A stretch of 64,000 bases of DNA from Ranitomeya imitator (Eukaryota), in the NCBI RefSeq assembly GCF_032444005.1, contig NC_091285.1, forward strand, positions 658,068,001 to 658,132,000, read 5' to 3'. The position numbers and the translations under genes are program-made. Shown piece after piece: positions 45,301 through 56,700 of the stretch. Every line of letters begins with the position of its first letter. Positions within the stretch are counted from its first letter, which is position 1. Under the pieces are notes generated by a model. The model ran no database searches, had not been told where the DNA came from, and saw only the letters and a program-made list of their open reading frames with translations.

Positions 45301-48044
45301 TAGCATTGCCAAACCATTGACCGATTTGACCAAGAAGGGTGCTGATTTGGTTAATTGGTCTTCTGCTGCTGTGGAAGCTTTTCAGGAGTTGAAGCATCGT
45401 TTTTGTTCTGCCCCTGTGTTGTGTCAACCAGATGTTTCTCTTCCGTTCCAGGTTGAGGTTGATGCTTCTGAGATTGGAGCAGAGGCGGTTTTGTCACAGA
45501 GAGGTTCTGGTTGCTCAGTGATGAAACCATGTGCTTTCTTTTCCAGGAAGTTTTCGGCTGCTGAGCGTAATTATGATGTGGGCAACCGAGAGTTGCTGGC
45601 CATGAAGTGGGCATTCGAGGAATGGCATCATTGGCTTGAAGGAGCTAAGCATTGCGTGGTGGTATTGACTGATCATAAGAACCTTACTTATCTCGAGTCT
45701 GCCAAGCGCTTGAATCCTAGACAGGCCCGTTGGTCGTTATTTTTTGCCCACTTCGATTTTGTGATTTCGTACCTTCCGGGCTCTAAAAATGTGAAGGTGG
45801 ATGCTCTGTCTAGGAGTTTTGTGCCCGACTCTCCGAGTTCATCTGAGCCGGCGAGTATCCTCAAGGAAGGAGTCATTGTGTCTGCCATCTCCCCTGATTT
45901 GCGGCGGGTGTTGCAAAAATTTCAGGCGAATAAACCTGATCGTTGTCCGGCGGAGAAACTGTTCGTCCCTGATAGGTGGACTAGTAAAGTTATCTCTGAA
46001 CTTCATTGTTCTGTGTTGGCTGGTCATCCTGGAATCTTTGGTACCAGAGAGTTAGTGGCTAGATCCTTCTGGTGGCCATCTCTGTCACGGGATGTACGTA
46101 CTTTTGTGCAGTCCTGTGGGATTTGTGCTAGGGCTAAGCCCTGCTGTTCACGTGCCAGTGGGTTGCTTTTGCCCTTGCCGGTCCCAAAGAGGCCTTGGAC
46201 ACATATTTCGATGGATTTCATTTCTGACCTTCCCGTTTCTCAAAAGATGTCAGTCATTTGGGTGGTCTGTGATCGCTTTTCTAAAATGGTCCATCTGGTG
46301 CCCTTGGTTAAATTGCCTTCCTCTTCTGATTTGGTGCCTTTGTTCTTCCAGCATGTGGTTCGTTTGCATGGCATTCCTGAGAATATTGTTTCTGACAGAG
46401 GTTCCCAGTTTGTTTCAAGGTTTTGGCGAGCCTTTTGTGGTAGGATGGGCATTGACCTATCTTTTTCCTCGGCTTTCCATCCTCAGACTAATGGCCAGAC
46501 CGAACGAACCAATCAGACCTTGGAAACATATCTGAGATGTTTTGTTTCTGCAGACCAGGATGATTGGGTGTCCTTTTTGCCGTTGGCTGAGTTCGCCCTT
46601 AATAATCGGGCCAGCTCGGCTACCTTGGTCTCTCCATTTTTCTGCAATTCTGGGTTCCATCCTCGTTTCTCTTCAGGACAGGTTGAGTCTTCGGACTGTC
46701 CTGGTGTGGATTCTGTGGTGGACAGGTTGCAGCAGATCTGGACTCAGGTAGTGGACAATTTGACCTTGTCCCAGGAGAAGGCTCAACTTTTCGCTAATCG
46801 CAGACGCCGTGTGGGTCCCCGACTTCGTGTTGGGGATCTGGTTTGGTTATCTTCTCGTCATATTCCTATGAAGGTTTCCTCTCCTAAATTTAAACCTCGT
46901 TTTATTGGTCCGTATAGGATTTCTGAGATTCTCAATCCTGTGTCTTTTCGTCTGACCCTCCCAGACTCCTTTTCCATACATAATGTATTCCATAGGTCGT
47001 TGTTGCGGAGATACGTGGCACCTATGGTTCCATCTGTTGAGCCTCCTGCCCCGGTTTTGGTGGAGGGGGAATTGGAGTATATTGTGGAGAAAATTTTGGA
47101 TTCTCGTGTTTCTAGACGGAAACTCCAGTATCTGGTTAAATGGAAGGGTTATGCTCAGGAAGATAATTCCTGGGTTTTTGCCTCTGATGTCCATGCTCCA
47201 GATCTTGTTTGTGCCTTTCATGTGGCTCATCCTGGTCGGCCTGGGGGCTCTGGTGAGGGTTCGGTGACCCCTCCTCAAGGGGGGGGTACTGTTGTGAATT
47301 CTGTGGCTGAATTCACTCCTGTGGTCACAAGTGGTACTGCAGCTTCTGAGCTTCCTCCCTCAGGTGTTCTGGTGAGCTCGTTGGCTGCTTTGTTATTTAA
47401 CTCCGCCTGATTCTGTCTTCCTTGCTCCTTGTCAGTGTTCCAGTGTTGGATCTGAGCTTCTGGATCTTTCCTGTGGCCTGCTGCTCTGCTTAGATAAGTG
47501 CTTCTTTGCTTTTGTTGTTACTTTTTCTGTCCAGCTTGTCAATTCATTTTGCTGGAAGCTCTGAGACGCAAAGGGTGTACCGCCGTGCCGTTAGTTCGGC
47601 ACGGTGGGTCTTTTTGCCCCCTTTGCGTGGTTTTTTGCTTTAGGGTTTTTTGTAGACTGCAAAGTTCTCTTTGCTATCCTCGCTCTATCTAGAATATCGG
47701 GCCTCACTTTGCTGAATCTATTTCATCCCTACGTTTGTCTTTTCATCTTGCTAACAGTCATTATATGTGGGGGGCTGCCTTTTCCTTTGGGGTATTTCTC
47801 TGAGGCAAGTCAGGCTTGTTTTTCTATCTTTAGGCTAGTCAGCTCCTCAGGCTGTGCCGAGTTGCATAGGTAGTGTTAGGCGCAATCCACAGCTGCCTTT
47901 AGTTGTGTTTAGGATAGGTTCAGGTATTGCGGTCTACAGAGATTCCACGTCTCAGAGCTCGTTCTATTGTTTTTGGGTTATTGTCAGATCACTGTATGTG
48001 CTCTGATTGCTGGCACACTGTGTCACTGGATTGCCTACATAACA
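42343..48044 (+). mobile_element. Full-length chromodomain Gypsy LTR retrotransposon with intact ORF
   Basis: 755-bp LTRs 42343-43097 and 47290-48044 (about 5 differences by eye), TSD GGCCAG, PPT AAGGGGGGG before the 3' LTR, single gag-pol ORF. Confidence 0.97.
43229..47410 (+). CDS. Gag-Pol polyprotein (gag, CCHC, protease, RT, RNase H, integrase, chromodomain), 1393 aa
   Basis: CFYCGDSTHAISDC, VDSGA, YLDDILIFS, VDAS/ELLA/TDHKNL, GHPG..WWP..C..C, SDRGSQF, TNGQTER, YLVKWKGY; first ATG at 43229; stop lies inside the 3' LTR. Confidence 0.95.
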   Translation: MDIQGLCSSMDNLVTNVQRIQDTIDQKSMLEPRIPIPDLFFGDRTKFLNFKNNCKLFLALKPHSSGNPIQQVLIIISFLRGDPQDWAFSLAPGDPALSNVNAFFLALGLLYDEPNSVDQAEKNLLALCQGQDDIEVYCQKFRKLSVLTLWNESALAALFRKGLSEALKDVMVGFPMPAGLNESMSLAIQIGRRLRERKSVHHLAVLSKIKPEPMQCDRTMTRVERQEHRRLNGLCFYCGDSTHAISDCPKRTKRFDRSAVIGTVQSKFLLSITLICSLSSYSVMAFVDSGAALNLMDLDYAKRCGFFLEPLRCPIPLRGIDATPLAKNKPQYWTQLTMCMAPAHQEVIRFLVLHNLHDVVVLGLPWLQTHNPVLDWNCMSVSSWGCQGVHGDVPFLSISSSTPSEVPEFLSDYQDVFEEPKSDALPPHRDCDCAINLIPGSKFPKGRLFNLSVPEHAAMRSYVNESLGKGHIRPSSSPLGAGFFFVAKKDGSLRPCIDYRLLNKITVKFQYPLPLLSDLFARIKGASWFTKIDLRGAYNLVRIRQGDEWKTAFNTPEGHFEYLVMPFGLANAPSVFQSFMHDIFREYLDKFLIVYLDDILIFSDDWDSHVKQVRMVFQVLRANSLFVKGSKCLFGVQKVSFLGFIFSPSTIEMDPVKVQAIQDWTQPTSLKSLQKFLGFANFYRCFICNFSSIAKPLTDLTKKGADLVNWSSAAVEAFQELKHRFCSAPVLCQPDVSLPFQVEVDASEIGAEAVLSQRGSGCSVMKPCAFFSRKFSAAERNYDVGNRELLAMKWAFEEWHHWLEGAKHCVVVLTDHKNLTYLESAKRLNPRQARWSLFFAHFDFVISYLPGSKNVKVDALSRSFVPDSPSSSEPASILKEGVIVSAISPDLRRVLQKFQANKPDRCPAEKLFVPDRWTSKVISELHCSVLAGHPGIFGTRELVARSFWWPSLSRDVRTFVQSCGICARAKPCCSRASGLLLPLPVPKRPWTHISMDFISDLPVSQKMSVIWVVCDRFSKMVHLVPLVKLPSSSDLVPLFFQHVVRLHGIPENIVSDRGSQFVSRFWRAFCGRMGIDLSFSSAFHPQTNGQTERTNQTLETYLRCFVSADQDDWVSFLPLAEFALNNRASSATLVSPFFCNSGFHPRFSSGQVESSDCPGVDSVVDRLQQIWTQVVDNLTLSQEKAQLFANRRRRVGPRLRVGDLVWLSSRHIPMKVSSPKFKPRFIGPYRISEILNPVSFRLTLPDSFSIHNVFHRSLLRRYVAPMVPSVEPPAPVLVEGELEYIVEKILDSRVSRRKLQYLVKWKGYAQEDNSWVFASDVHAPDLVCAFHVAHPGRPGGSGEGSVTPPQGGGTVVNSVAEFTPVVTSGTAASELPPSGVLVSSLAALLFNSA

Positions 48045-49068
48045 GGCCAGTTATAGACGAATAGTCCACTCTTTTAATCACCATACTTCCAAGACATCCA
48101 AGGAAAATGAGAACCACGTACCAAAGTGAAACAACTACTGTACCTAAATAATAAAAAAAGAATATGAATAAATTAAAAACAGCAAAAGATGCCATGGCAG
48201 GTACAAAGAGTGCAGCAGGTGGTGATCACAGAAAGGGTGCAAAGTTGAGGCTCTCATTAAGGCCATGTAGATGGACTATATCAAGTGTCCAAATCCACCA
48301 TGCCTCTAACTGTGCCAGTCATTGGAAGATTTTCCCACCACAGATTTCCAAATCGATGGCATCAATGCCCTTGACTCGTAGGCCATTACCCTCACAGTTA
48401 TGATACAACTTAAAGTGTCTAGGTATCGTTTTTTATAGCGCTGCATCCTCCTGATTCGTTGCCGCCTGAATGCCAAGTACGTGCTCCCTAAGAAAGAAAG
48501 AAAAAGAATGGACTAAAACAGGCCTGCACAACCATATAGAAAAATGATAACAAAATACGTTTATTAAACACCACAAAAAACAACATAAAAACACTTAAAA
48601 TTACAACAATGTGTAAACACCCCAATCTACACCAATAAATATGCAGCGATAAATACAGGGTATGTACCCACAGACTATCTAGAGTGAAAGAAACCACATG
48701 CTAGCACGCTGGAGAATGTCATGGACAAAAGGAGCCCCACAATGTCTAATTATAATATAATACAATCAAAGACGTATAGAGTGAAAGCTCCTAGAGATAT
48801 ATCTAAATTCAAAGATGATGGACAAAGCACATCAAAATGAGGCACATAGCATGTGGATAGCAAAATGTAGCCAAAGTGGAATATAGTCTTAAACACATAG
48901 ATCAAAGCTCTCCTTTAAGAAATAAAGATGGCATGGTACGAAATAAATACCTCGCTGATTCTAAAATAAGATGGAATGAGACCAGGAGAGCCAGAGAGCT
49001 AAAATAATGCTGCAAAACTGCATGTCGTGAGTAACCAAAGGTAATGAGGAGGGAGTGTAGGAACAGAG

Positions 49069-49107
49069 CCCCACGCGTATCGCCGCCGCAGCGGCTTCGT
49101 CAGGGGA
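49069..49107 (-). ncRNA. Minimal type I hammerhead-like motif (GAUA variant, GUG triplet)
   Basis: UCCC-CUGACGA-A GCCGC UGCG GCGGC-GAUA-CGCGUG-GGG. Confidence 0.55.
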
Positions 49108-50252
49108 AGTGGGTATGTGGTGCATGACTGGCGTATAAATAGAAGCATCAATCATTGTGATTACGTACCGGTGTGCCACTCAGTATAGGAGGAGAAGGGG
49201 GCAAGGACGACTCGCAGCCGCGTATGAAACAGGAGATGAACGGAGGCCTCCGTGGGACAAAGTCGGCGCGTGCGCAGATGCGGCCTCAGTAATGAGCCGC
49301 ACTGCGCATGCGCCCAGTATAACAAGCCGAGTGGAGCTGAGCTGTGCGCCGAAGCCCATAAAAGCAGTCAATGGATAGTGGGAGGGAGGATCCAAAGATA
49401 CCATGGGAAGGAGGGAGGGATTGCAATAATGATGTTATCAAAACATGAACAAAGTGAAAAAGCCCCTCTCTGGAACGGATCTCAGAAGGGATGCAGAGAC
49501 CAGGAGCATAGAAACTCAACAATGAGGAATCCATGTAACGGAGTACCCTAGGTCTAAAGGAAATAAACCATATAAACAAAACAGCATTAGAATGCAATAT
49601 TAAAGTGAATCTTATGTAATATAATAAGGAGAACCTCAGATAAAAAAACCCGATGGTCTCCATAATTATATAACGCTATAGTATGCCGCATGAAAGCGGT
49701 CCATTATTCATGTGCGTATCAGCCACCATCCCCCACACAAGAATAGACCAAAAATATTATGGATATATATAATTTCACTGATTGTGAATCCAAAGAATCC
49801 TGTAAAAATAAAAATACAATATATAACAAAAGAAAGTCCCAAATGAACCCAGGTCATGCACAGGAGAAGTCCAGATGGTCTACACGCGACCACAGCAAAA
49901 ATGGCACATTGTGAAACAGTCCAATCCAGATGTTATATTCCACATGGAATCTGTCCGATAAACATCTCTCCCATAAAGGAATCAATTAGTATTCATCCTA
50001 GATCCATGGTACATGCACGTCCCAGATGACCATCCACCAGATTCAAGAGAGAGTACGATGAAAAGACATCCCTCGGTTCCAAGTCCTATGAAGTAGGTAT
50101 GGGCGGGTGTGGACCCAGTGGACCGCTGAAAATGAAGGACCAAAATAGGTAAAGAGGAAACAACCAATCTTCATATCGCCAAACAATTTACGTAAGTAAG
50201 TGTGGACACAAGGGAAGGTGTAGAAACAGCTAAACCCCACAGATAGTTGTAT

Positions 50253-50805
50253 CATCCCAGGAACCCTGTAAAAAGGAGCTCCTCATTTAAGCCCACAGGG
50301 GCCACAGTATGTAGCTGAAAAATCCACCTAGACTCAATTTGGAGAAGAAGCTTGCGTTTGTCCCCCCCCTCTCTCATTGGTGGTGAGTTTCTGCAAACCA
50401 ACCACCTGCAGGTTAGCCGAGGACCCCCCATGCTTGGCTAAAAAGTGTTCAGCCACTGGGGTAAGGGCCTTACCCTTCCTCCGATCCGATGCTGCCAAAT
50501 GTATCGTGGAAACGTGTTTCTGTGCCCGCCTCCTCAGTTCTTGGGTGGTCTGCCCAACGTATATCATCCTACAAGGACAAATAAGGGCATAGATCACATC
50601 CCTAGATCTACAATTAATGTAAGACCTAAGGGAGTGTCTACTAAGGAGAGTAGGATGTATAAACAGGTCACGGGTCGGAGTCATGTGGGGACAGATGTTG
50701 CAGTCCCCATATGGAAAAGAACCTCTCAAAGTGATCCCTCTATTTAGCTTGACAGTCGGTCTCTTAAAGTGACTCCGGGTGAGAAGATCCCTGAGATTAG
50801 GTGCC
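50253..50805 (-). pseudogene. GIY-YIG endonuclease region of the nested PLE
   Basis: APNLRDLLTRSHF linker, YGDCNICPHM, VIYALICPCRMIYVGQTTQELRRRAQKH, ESRWIFQLHTVAPVGLNEE after a frameshift. Confidence 0.85.
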
Positions 50806-52188
50806 TGTTATGGTTGTGCAGGCCTGTTTTAGTCCATTCTTTTTCTTTCTTTCTTGTGCTATATTATAGTGGACTTGGCTTTGCACCCTTTCTTATATTT
50901 GATTTGTGGCTAGAGTGCACCCTGTATTTATATTAAGTACGTGCTCCCTGACTCTAACCTTAAGTTGACGTGTAGTCAATCCAACATATATCAGGGAGCA
51001 TGAGTATGTGGCATAGTAAATCATGTTTTTTGAGGTGCATGTAATCGATTTTCCAATCTTATAATTCTTTTGGCTCGTAAAGTAAAAAATGGAATCACTG
51101 TGATCGATGTTGACACCGGCCACACAACGGCCACAGGGAATGCAACCATGTCTGGTGGGAAGGTCACTCGAAAACGTTCTTGGGGCTCACTATTATAGCG
51201 GCTATGGACCAGATGGTCACGTAAATTCTTGGCTCGTCTGAATGTAATGGATGGTCTTTCCGGTAATAATTTGGCAATAATTGGGTCAGTCATTAGGATA
51301 GGCCATGATTTTGAAAGAGCTATGCTTACAGATTTGGATTGGGTGCTATAGTTAGTGATAAATTTCAGTAGTCCAGAATCATTAGCTTGGGCCTTATTGT
51401 TGTATAGCAGCGAATTCCTATCTAACCATTTCGCACGATGGTATGCTCTCTTAATTGCCCGACGGCTATACCCCCGTTCAAGAAAATGCTTTTTAAGTTT
51501 CTATGCCTCCTTCTCAAAAAGTGTCTGCGTGGTGCAGATATGGTGGAGGCATAGAAACTGCCCTACTGGTACCGAACGGATCATGTGGCCGGGATGTGAG
51601 GAAGAGGCGTGCAGCAACATATTCATGGAAGTCGGTTTCTGATGGATATTAGTATTGATATTGCCATGGATGCCTCTCCTTAGAGTGACATCCAAAAATT
51701 CAATCTCATCTGGGTGGTGCTTGACAGTGAGATGTATATTGCGATCATTTTCATTAAGTTCCTCAAATAAGTTGTTAAGGGCTGGTGCAGTACCCTGCCA
51801 GATCAGAAAGACGTCATCAATGTACCGCGCCCAAGTGAGGACGCAGTCCATCGACGATGATCGCTGGTCGGACAGGAAGAGCTCCCTCTCCCAGGAACAG
51901 GTTGGCATAAGAGGGGGCAAAGGCCGCCCCCATAGCTGTTCCCTGGAGCTGCAGGTAGAAGGACCCCTTGAAAATAAAAAAATTGTGAGCAAGTGTAAAT
52001 TCCAAGATTTCAAGAAGGAGAGCCCTAAAGCTGGAAGAATTATCTGATGACTCTAGAAAAAATTCTACGGCACGAAGGCCATCGTTGTGTCCAATGCTAG
52101 TATACAGAGACTCAACGTCAGCTGTAACTAGAAGAGTGACTGGGTCGAGTGAGATCCCATCAACCATACGGAGTAACTGTGTGGTATC

Positions 52189-52963
52189 TGTTGTGAATTC
52201 TGCTCTTGGGTTCCCTCCAGTGGTTGTAGGTGGGAATGCAGTTGTCTCTGAGTCACAGTCCTGGCCAGGTGTATCTGCTGATTGCAGTTCTGACTGGTAT
52301 ATTTAGGTGTGCAGGATTCATTAGTCCTTTCCAGTTGTCAATGTTTCTTCTGAAGTGTTGGATCACTTTCTGGCTTCTCCTGCTCAGCTGTCAATTCAGC
52401 AAAGATAAGTGTCTGGTTTTTGTTTCTGTGGCACACATGCAGTGTGCTTATATTCTGTGCTATTCATTTGTTTTTCTCTTGTCCAGCTTAGACTGTGTCA
52501 GTGTTTTCTCAGTCTTGTTGGATTCTCTGGAGATGCAGATATACGCTCCACATCTTTAGTTAGATGGTGGAGTTTTTGTATTTTCTGTTGTGGATATTTT
52601 TGGAAGGATTTTTAATACTGACCGCTTAGTATCCTGTCCTATCCTTTCCTATTTAGCTAGTGTGTGCCTCATTTGCGAAATCCTGTTTTCTGCCTACGTG
52701 TGTCTTTTCGTCTACTACTCACAGTCAATATTTGTGGGGGGCTGCCTATCCTTTGGGGTTCTGCTCCGAGGCAAGGTAGAAATTCCTATTTCCATCTATA
52801 GGGGTATTTAGTCCTCCGGCTGTGTCGAGGTGTCTAGGTTTTGTTAGGCACACCCCACGGCTACTTCTAGTTGCGGAGATAAGATCAGGGTTTGCGGTCA
52901 GTATAGTTACCACCTACTCCAGTGAAAGTTTTCATGCTGCTTCAAGGTCACCTGATCATAACA
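52189..52963 (+). mobile_element. Solo LTR related to the element at 42343, inserted in the PLE RT
   Basis: TGTTGTGAATTC...CATAACA, 6-bp TSD GGTATC; PLE RT reading resumes across it. Confidence 0.9.
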
Positions 52964-55269
52964 GGTATCTTTCAGAATTGAAGGTAGTCCCTCCACCAAA
53001 GGCTGTAAGATGGAATTTATCCATTTATTGACATTCTCCAGGAGATTCCCCCGGCCTGAAATGGGACATCCAGGCGGAGTATACATATTTTTGTTGATTT
53101 TGGGGAGGAGATAAAAAGTTGGTATCGCTGGTTCATTCACTATCAATGCTGCGGCCAATTCCTTAGTAATGACCCCATTGTCGACGGCACTTGAAAGGAT
53201 TAAATTTAAGAAGTGCACTGTAGGCAGACAAGGGGTTAAACGTCAATTTTTTGTAACACACCGGATTTTTAAGTTGATGGAAGGCTTCACGTTCACACAT
53301 GAATGTAGGCCAAATTACAATGTTTCCCCCCTTGTCTGCTGGTTTCAATACCACATCTGATAAGTGCCGCAGAGAATGGAGGCGTAGCCGCTCCTCACCC
53401 GTCAAATTATCACATCGAATGTGAGAGGAATTTTCAAAAGTCTTTAGTAACCACCTGTGCATACAGATCAATTGTACTACAGGTGGATAGTGGGGGGGAT
53501 TCTCCTGGAGCAAGGTCTAATGGAAGGAGGGATCCTACCTCCCTCTGATGTCTTGTGTTCATCAGACATTCCTCCAGCGCCCTCAATGCTGTTTGTTCTT
53601 CTTCTGTGGGAAAAAGAGTATGTAAATTATCATCAAAAAAGTATTGTTTAAACATCAACGGCGGTTCAAAAATATGAAGGTCCTTAGTGATAGTGAATAT
53701 ATCAAGACCTGCTGATGGAGAAATGAGAGGCCTTTGTTCAATAGTGAAATCAGATACGGTTAGTGGGTGTTCACTCAAATGTATTACCTTATTATCCCCA
53801 TATCCTCCATCTGGAGAGAGGGGACCCTGCCGTTTATATGGATGGTAATTATGCTTGCGGGGTCTCTTATACCCTGGTCCAGAGCGTGTTACCATTGAAG
53901 ATGTTGAGGGATCTGATGTTTCACCAACTGAGGAGATGGATGAAAAAGAGTTTATCGGGTTTCTTGGATGGGACTGAGATGATGTCTTGGCCCATTGATA
54001 AACTCATTTGAGTTGATAGTCATTAATATCTCTATTGAATTTAATAATTTGGTTTTCATGTATTTTTTTCAGTGTCATATCCACGACATTTTAAAGATCT
54101 TTATCGAAAGACTGTAGTCTTTCCTTAGTACAACCAGCCCAAAGATCCACCTGAGCTGCATCGATCAATTTGTCAAGCTCCCCAATGGATTTAGTGCTCA
54201 GATTAATCAAAAGTTGCATTAAAGTTTTTGAACAGCTGTTGCACGCCTCCTCCTACTATCCAACAAATAACTCGTCCTCAACTGGGAACAATTCGTATTC
54301 TCAGACCCCTGGGAATCATGGCACGGGACACATATTTCACTATAAATGCACAATTCCACCAGAGACTGGTACGTTTGACCACCATGTTCTGTATGGAAGT
54401 GCAGTTATCACCCCATACGTGATCACCGACCCGCTGCACACCAGCCGCACCATCCACCAAAAACCCGGTCCATTTGTCCTAGCAAGGCTTTTTCTCTGGC
54501 TCTGTAATCCATACTACCGTGAGTGACACCTGTGCAAAACACAGCAAAAAGGGGTCAGGAAGACTACATCGTATTGAAGGGAGAATGATTAGGGTCATGA
54601 ATCGCAAGATTTTGGCTAACAACCTCCTTCCTTCAGTAAGAGTGAATGGTTGCTATTTACTTCTATCAGTTTCTTCAATTTTATTGCATGACATTGGTAT
54701 TGGCGAAGTCTCAGGGGGATAGCCATCAACCGGCCCATCTTATCACCAACCCACCCGAAAATAAACCAATTAAAATAAAAACTGGACACCAAATTCTTTT
54801 TGGAATAACTATGGCCACAGCAGCCTTTATTTAAAACAACAAACAGAAAAAACATTCAAGAATAAAATAACATTAAACGCTGGGAGGAGTCCATGAAGCT
54901 CCCAAAATCTGGTGATTAACAAATATATAAATTAGCTCTCAATTTCACTCCCAGCCTTTACCCCACTGGCTCGGGAGCACCATAACCACAAGAGTGCCAA
55001 TGTTCACTCAAACATCCTGGGGATCCGACAACCTTGCGGACTTCCCCACCCCATTTCACCAGATCCATAACATATTAAATGCCAAAAAGGAGGAAACCAA
55101 ATGCCCATGGATCCCCCATACCAATTTCCAACCAACTTCAAGGACTCCCCCAACCTCCACAACGTGGGCCTTTGAACACCTCAAAGGCCCGACCGCACCA
55201 AACAGCAATGGCCCTTTTAATGCCCTCCTGTAAGCCAAGTGCTCAAATGTCACTGCCCACACCATTCAA

Positions 55270-55800
55270 ATGAACCCCATCAGCCAAACAAAAATCATCC
55301 ACCCTTATTCCAACTCAAAGTGCCTCACAGCCATACCCCCATTCCTCGAAATGAATGCAGACACTGCCCTATTGACCTTAATCCTGGCTTTGTTAATTTT
55401 GGCCACCGACCTCGCATTCCAGCAACATAGTCGCGGCACAATTTCAGACCACACAGTGGTAATCCCAGAGTATGACAGCCACAGCTGCAACAAGTCATGC
55501 TTAGCATCCTTTACCAACTCCCGGGGCCCTGTCCAACCAGGCACTGCCATGAATTTTGTGCAACACCTGATTCCAAGTCATCCCTCAGAAGACAAGCCAC
55601 CTGAGGACCGCTGCACTCCTGGGAAAATTAAGCTGTCTAACTTCCTTCCTCACATCGGCACACATCGCTCCACAATGGACATACGAATGGCTGAAAATCA
55701 ACACAAGCAGCGGGGTGGAACCTATAAAAATGACAAAGAAAAACAAGGCTTTAGGAATCCAATTGGTGGGAAAGATTATGAAACAAAAATTATCACAAAC
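55270..55800 (-). pseudogene. SGNH/GDSL hydrolase-like ORF of Ngaro
   Basis: FSHSYVHCGAMCADVR..RQLNF, VWSEIVPR..W.ARS..INKARIKVNRAVSAFISRNGGMAVRH. Confidence 0.6.
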
Positions 55801-55805
55801 TAAAG

Positions 55806-56700
55806 CTCTAAACCACCTCCTCTGGCCTAACATAACCACGATAACACTTTGACCACCATATCCCAATACGCTGAACCACTGCAGCTCTGAGCCCTCCTAA
55901 TGCCGCCTCCATCGACGCCCTAATACAAAATGAATGAGGCGCAAAATGAGATTAGTCCAAACCCAGCCTGCGCACACCCTTTCTAATTATAGCAGTGAAC
56001 TGGTACCTGGACAAAAAGGACCCGTCCACATGACATAATAGAGGACCAACATGGCTGGGCTGCAATACACGAAAATGATGCAAACACTCAACTGGACATA
56101 AAGATGGTCCCTGGATGGATCTCAAAATGACTCGCTGACCCTTACTCTCTTGATCCATTTTAGACCTGTGCAGCCAGAACTCCACTCCATTCGTGGTAAT
56201 CACTACATCCTTGGCCAAAAGACCCCCGAAGAGCTTTTACTCAGCACCACTAACTCACTGGCCCTGAGAGCCCCAAAAAATGCGAGGGAAAAAGCCAAAC
56301 TGAAAAGACAGATTTCGAAAAATGAACTGCAAATCGATCCCAACACCCCACCCCCCGCAGCCTTTCCAACAGGCCAAAAGAAACAGGAAGCCTAACATCG
56401 CCATGACTCCTAACTCTACGAAAACCCCTGACAGCCTGTTTACCAGGAACAGTTTAGTCAGATCAGGTTGCCCCCGCATTCTAAAACCAAAAGCCAGGGC
56501 AGCCGTCAGCCGTGAAACTTTTGCCAAAGACCAACCCTCCGCCAAACCACTACCCAGCCATGAAAGTAATACTCCCACCTGATGCTCTACAGACTGCGGA
56601 CCCACGCTCGTAGCCAACAAACCCTCCCATGAATACCAAACTGCCTGGTAAGCTGCCCTGGTTTAGGAGCTAACAAAGCCCTGATCAACAACTCAGTGGC
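55806..56700 (-). pseudogene. Tyrosine recombinase
   Basis: AFFGALRASEL (after frameshift), LHRSKMDQ..KG, CPV, HSFCIR (degenerate HSFRIG), W.S..Y..YVR. Confidence 0.75.

Larger units (their letters stand above)
48490..50934 (-). mobile_element. 5'-truncated Penelope-like element nested in the host PLE endonuclease
   Basis: 15-bp TSD AAGTACGTGCTCCCT (48475-48489, 50935-50949); 47-bp perfect inverted termini (48490-48536, 50809-50855); own GIY-YIG region and hammerhead-like motif. Confidence 0.88.
40980..54530 (-). mobile_element. Large Penelope-like element (RT plus GIY-YIG) split by three insertions
   Basis: WWNCAFIVKYVSRAMIPRGLR (about 54300), KPADKGG, PTFYLLPK, ADVESLYTSI, QGTAMGAAFAPSYANL, RYIDDVF, RRAKNLRDHLVHS, IYVGLTTRQLKVRVREH; C-terminus resumes at 48489 and stops near 48226; many frameshifts. 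Left boundary approximate. Confidence 0.85.

Noticed and set aside
50253-51123. Single Penelope ORF with two GIY-YIG domains
   Set aside because: A 15-bp TSD and the resumed host C-terminus at 48489 show that the second domain belongs to a nested insertion.
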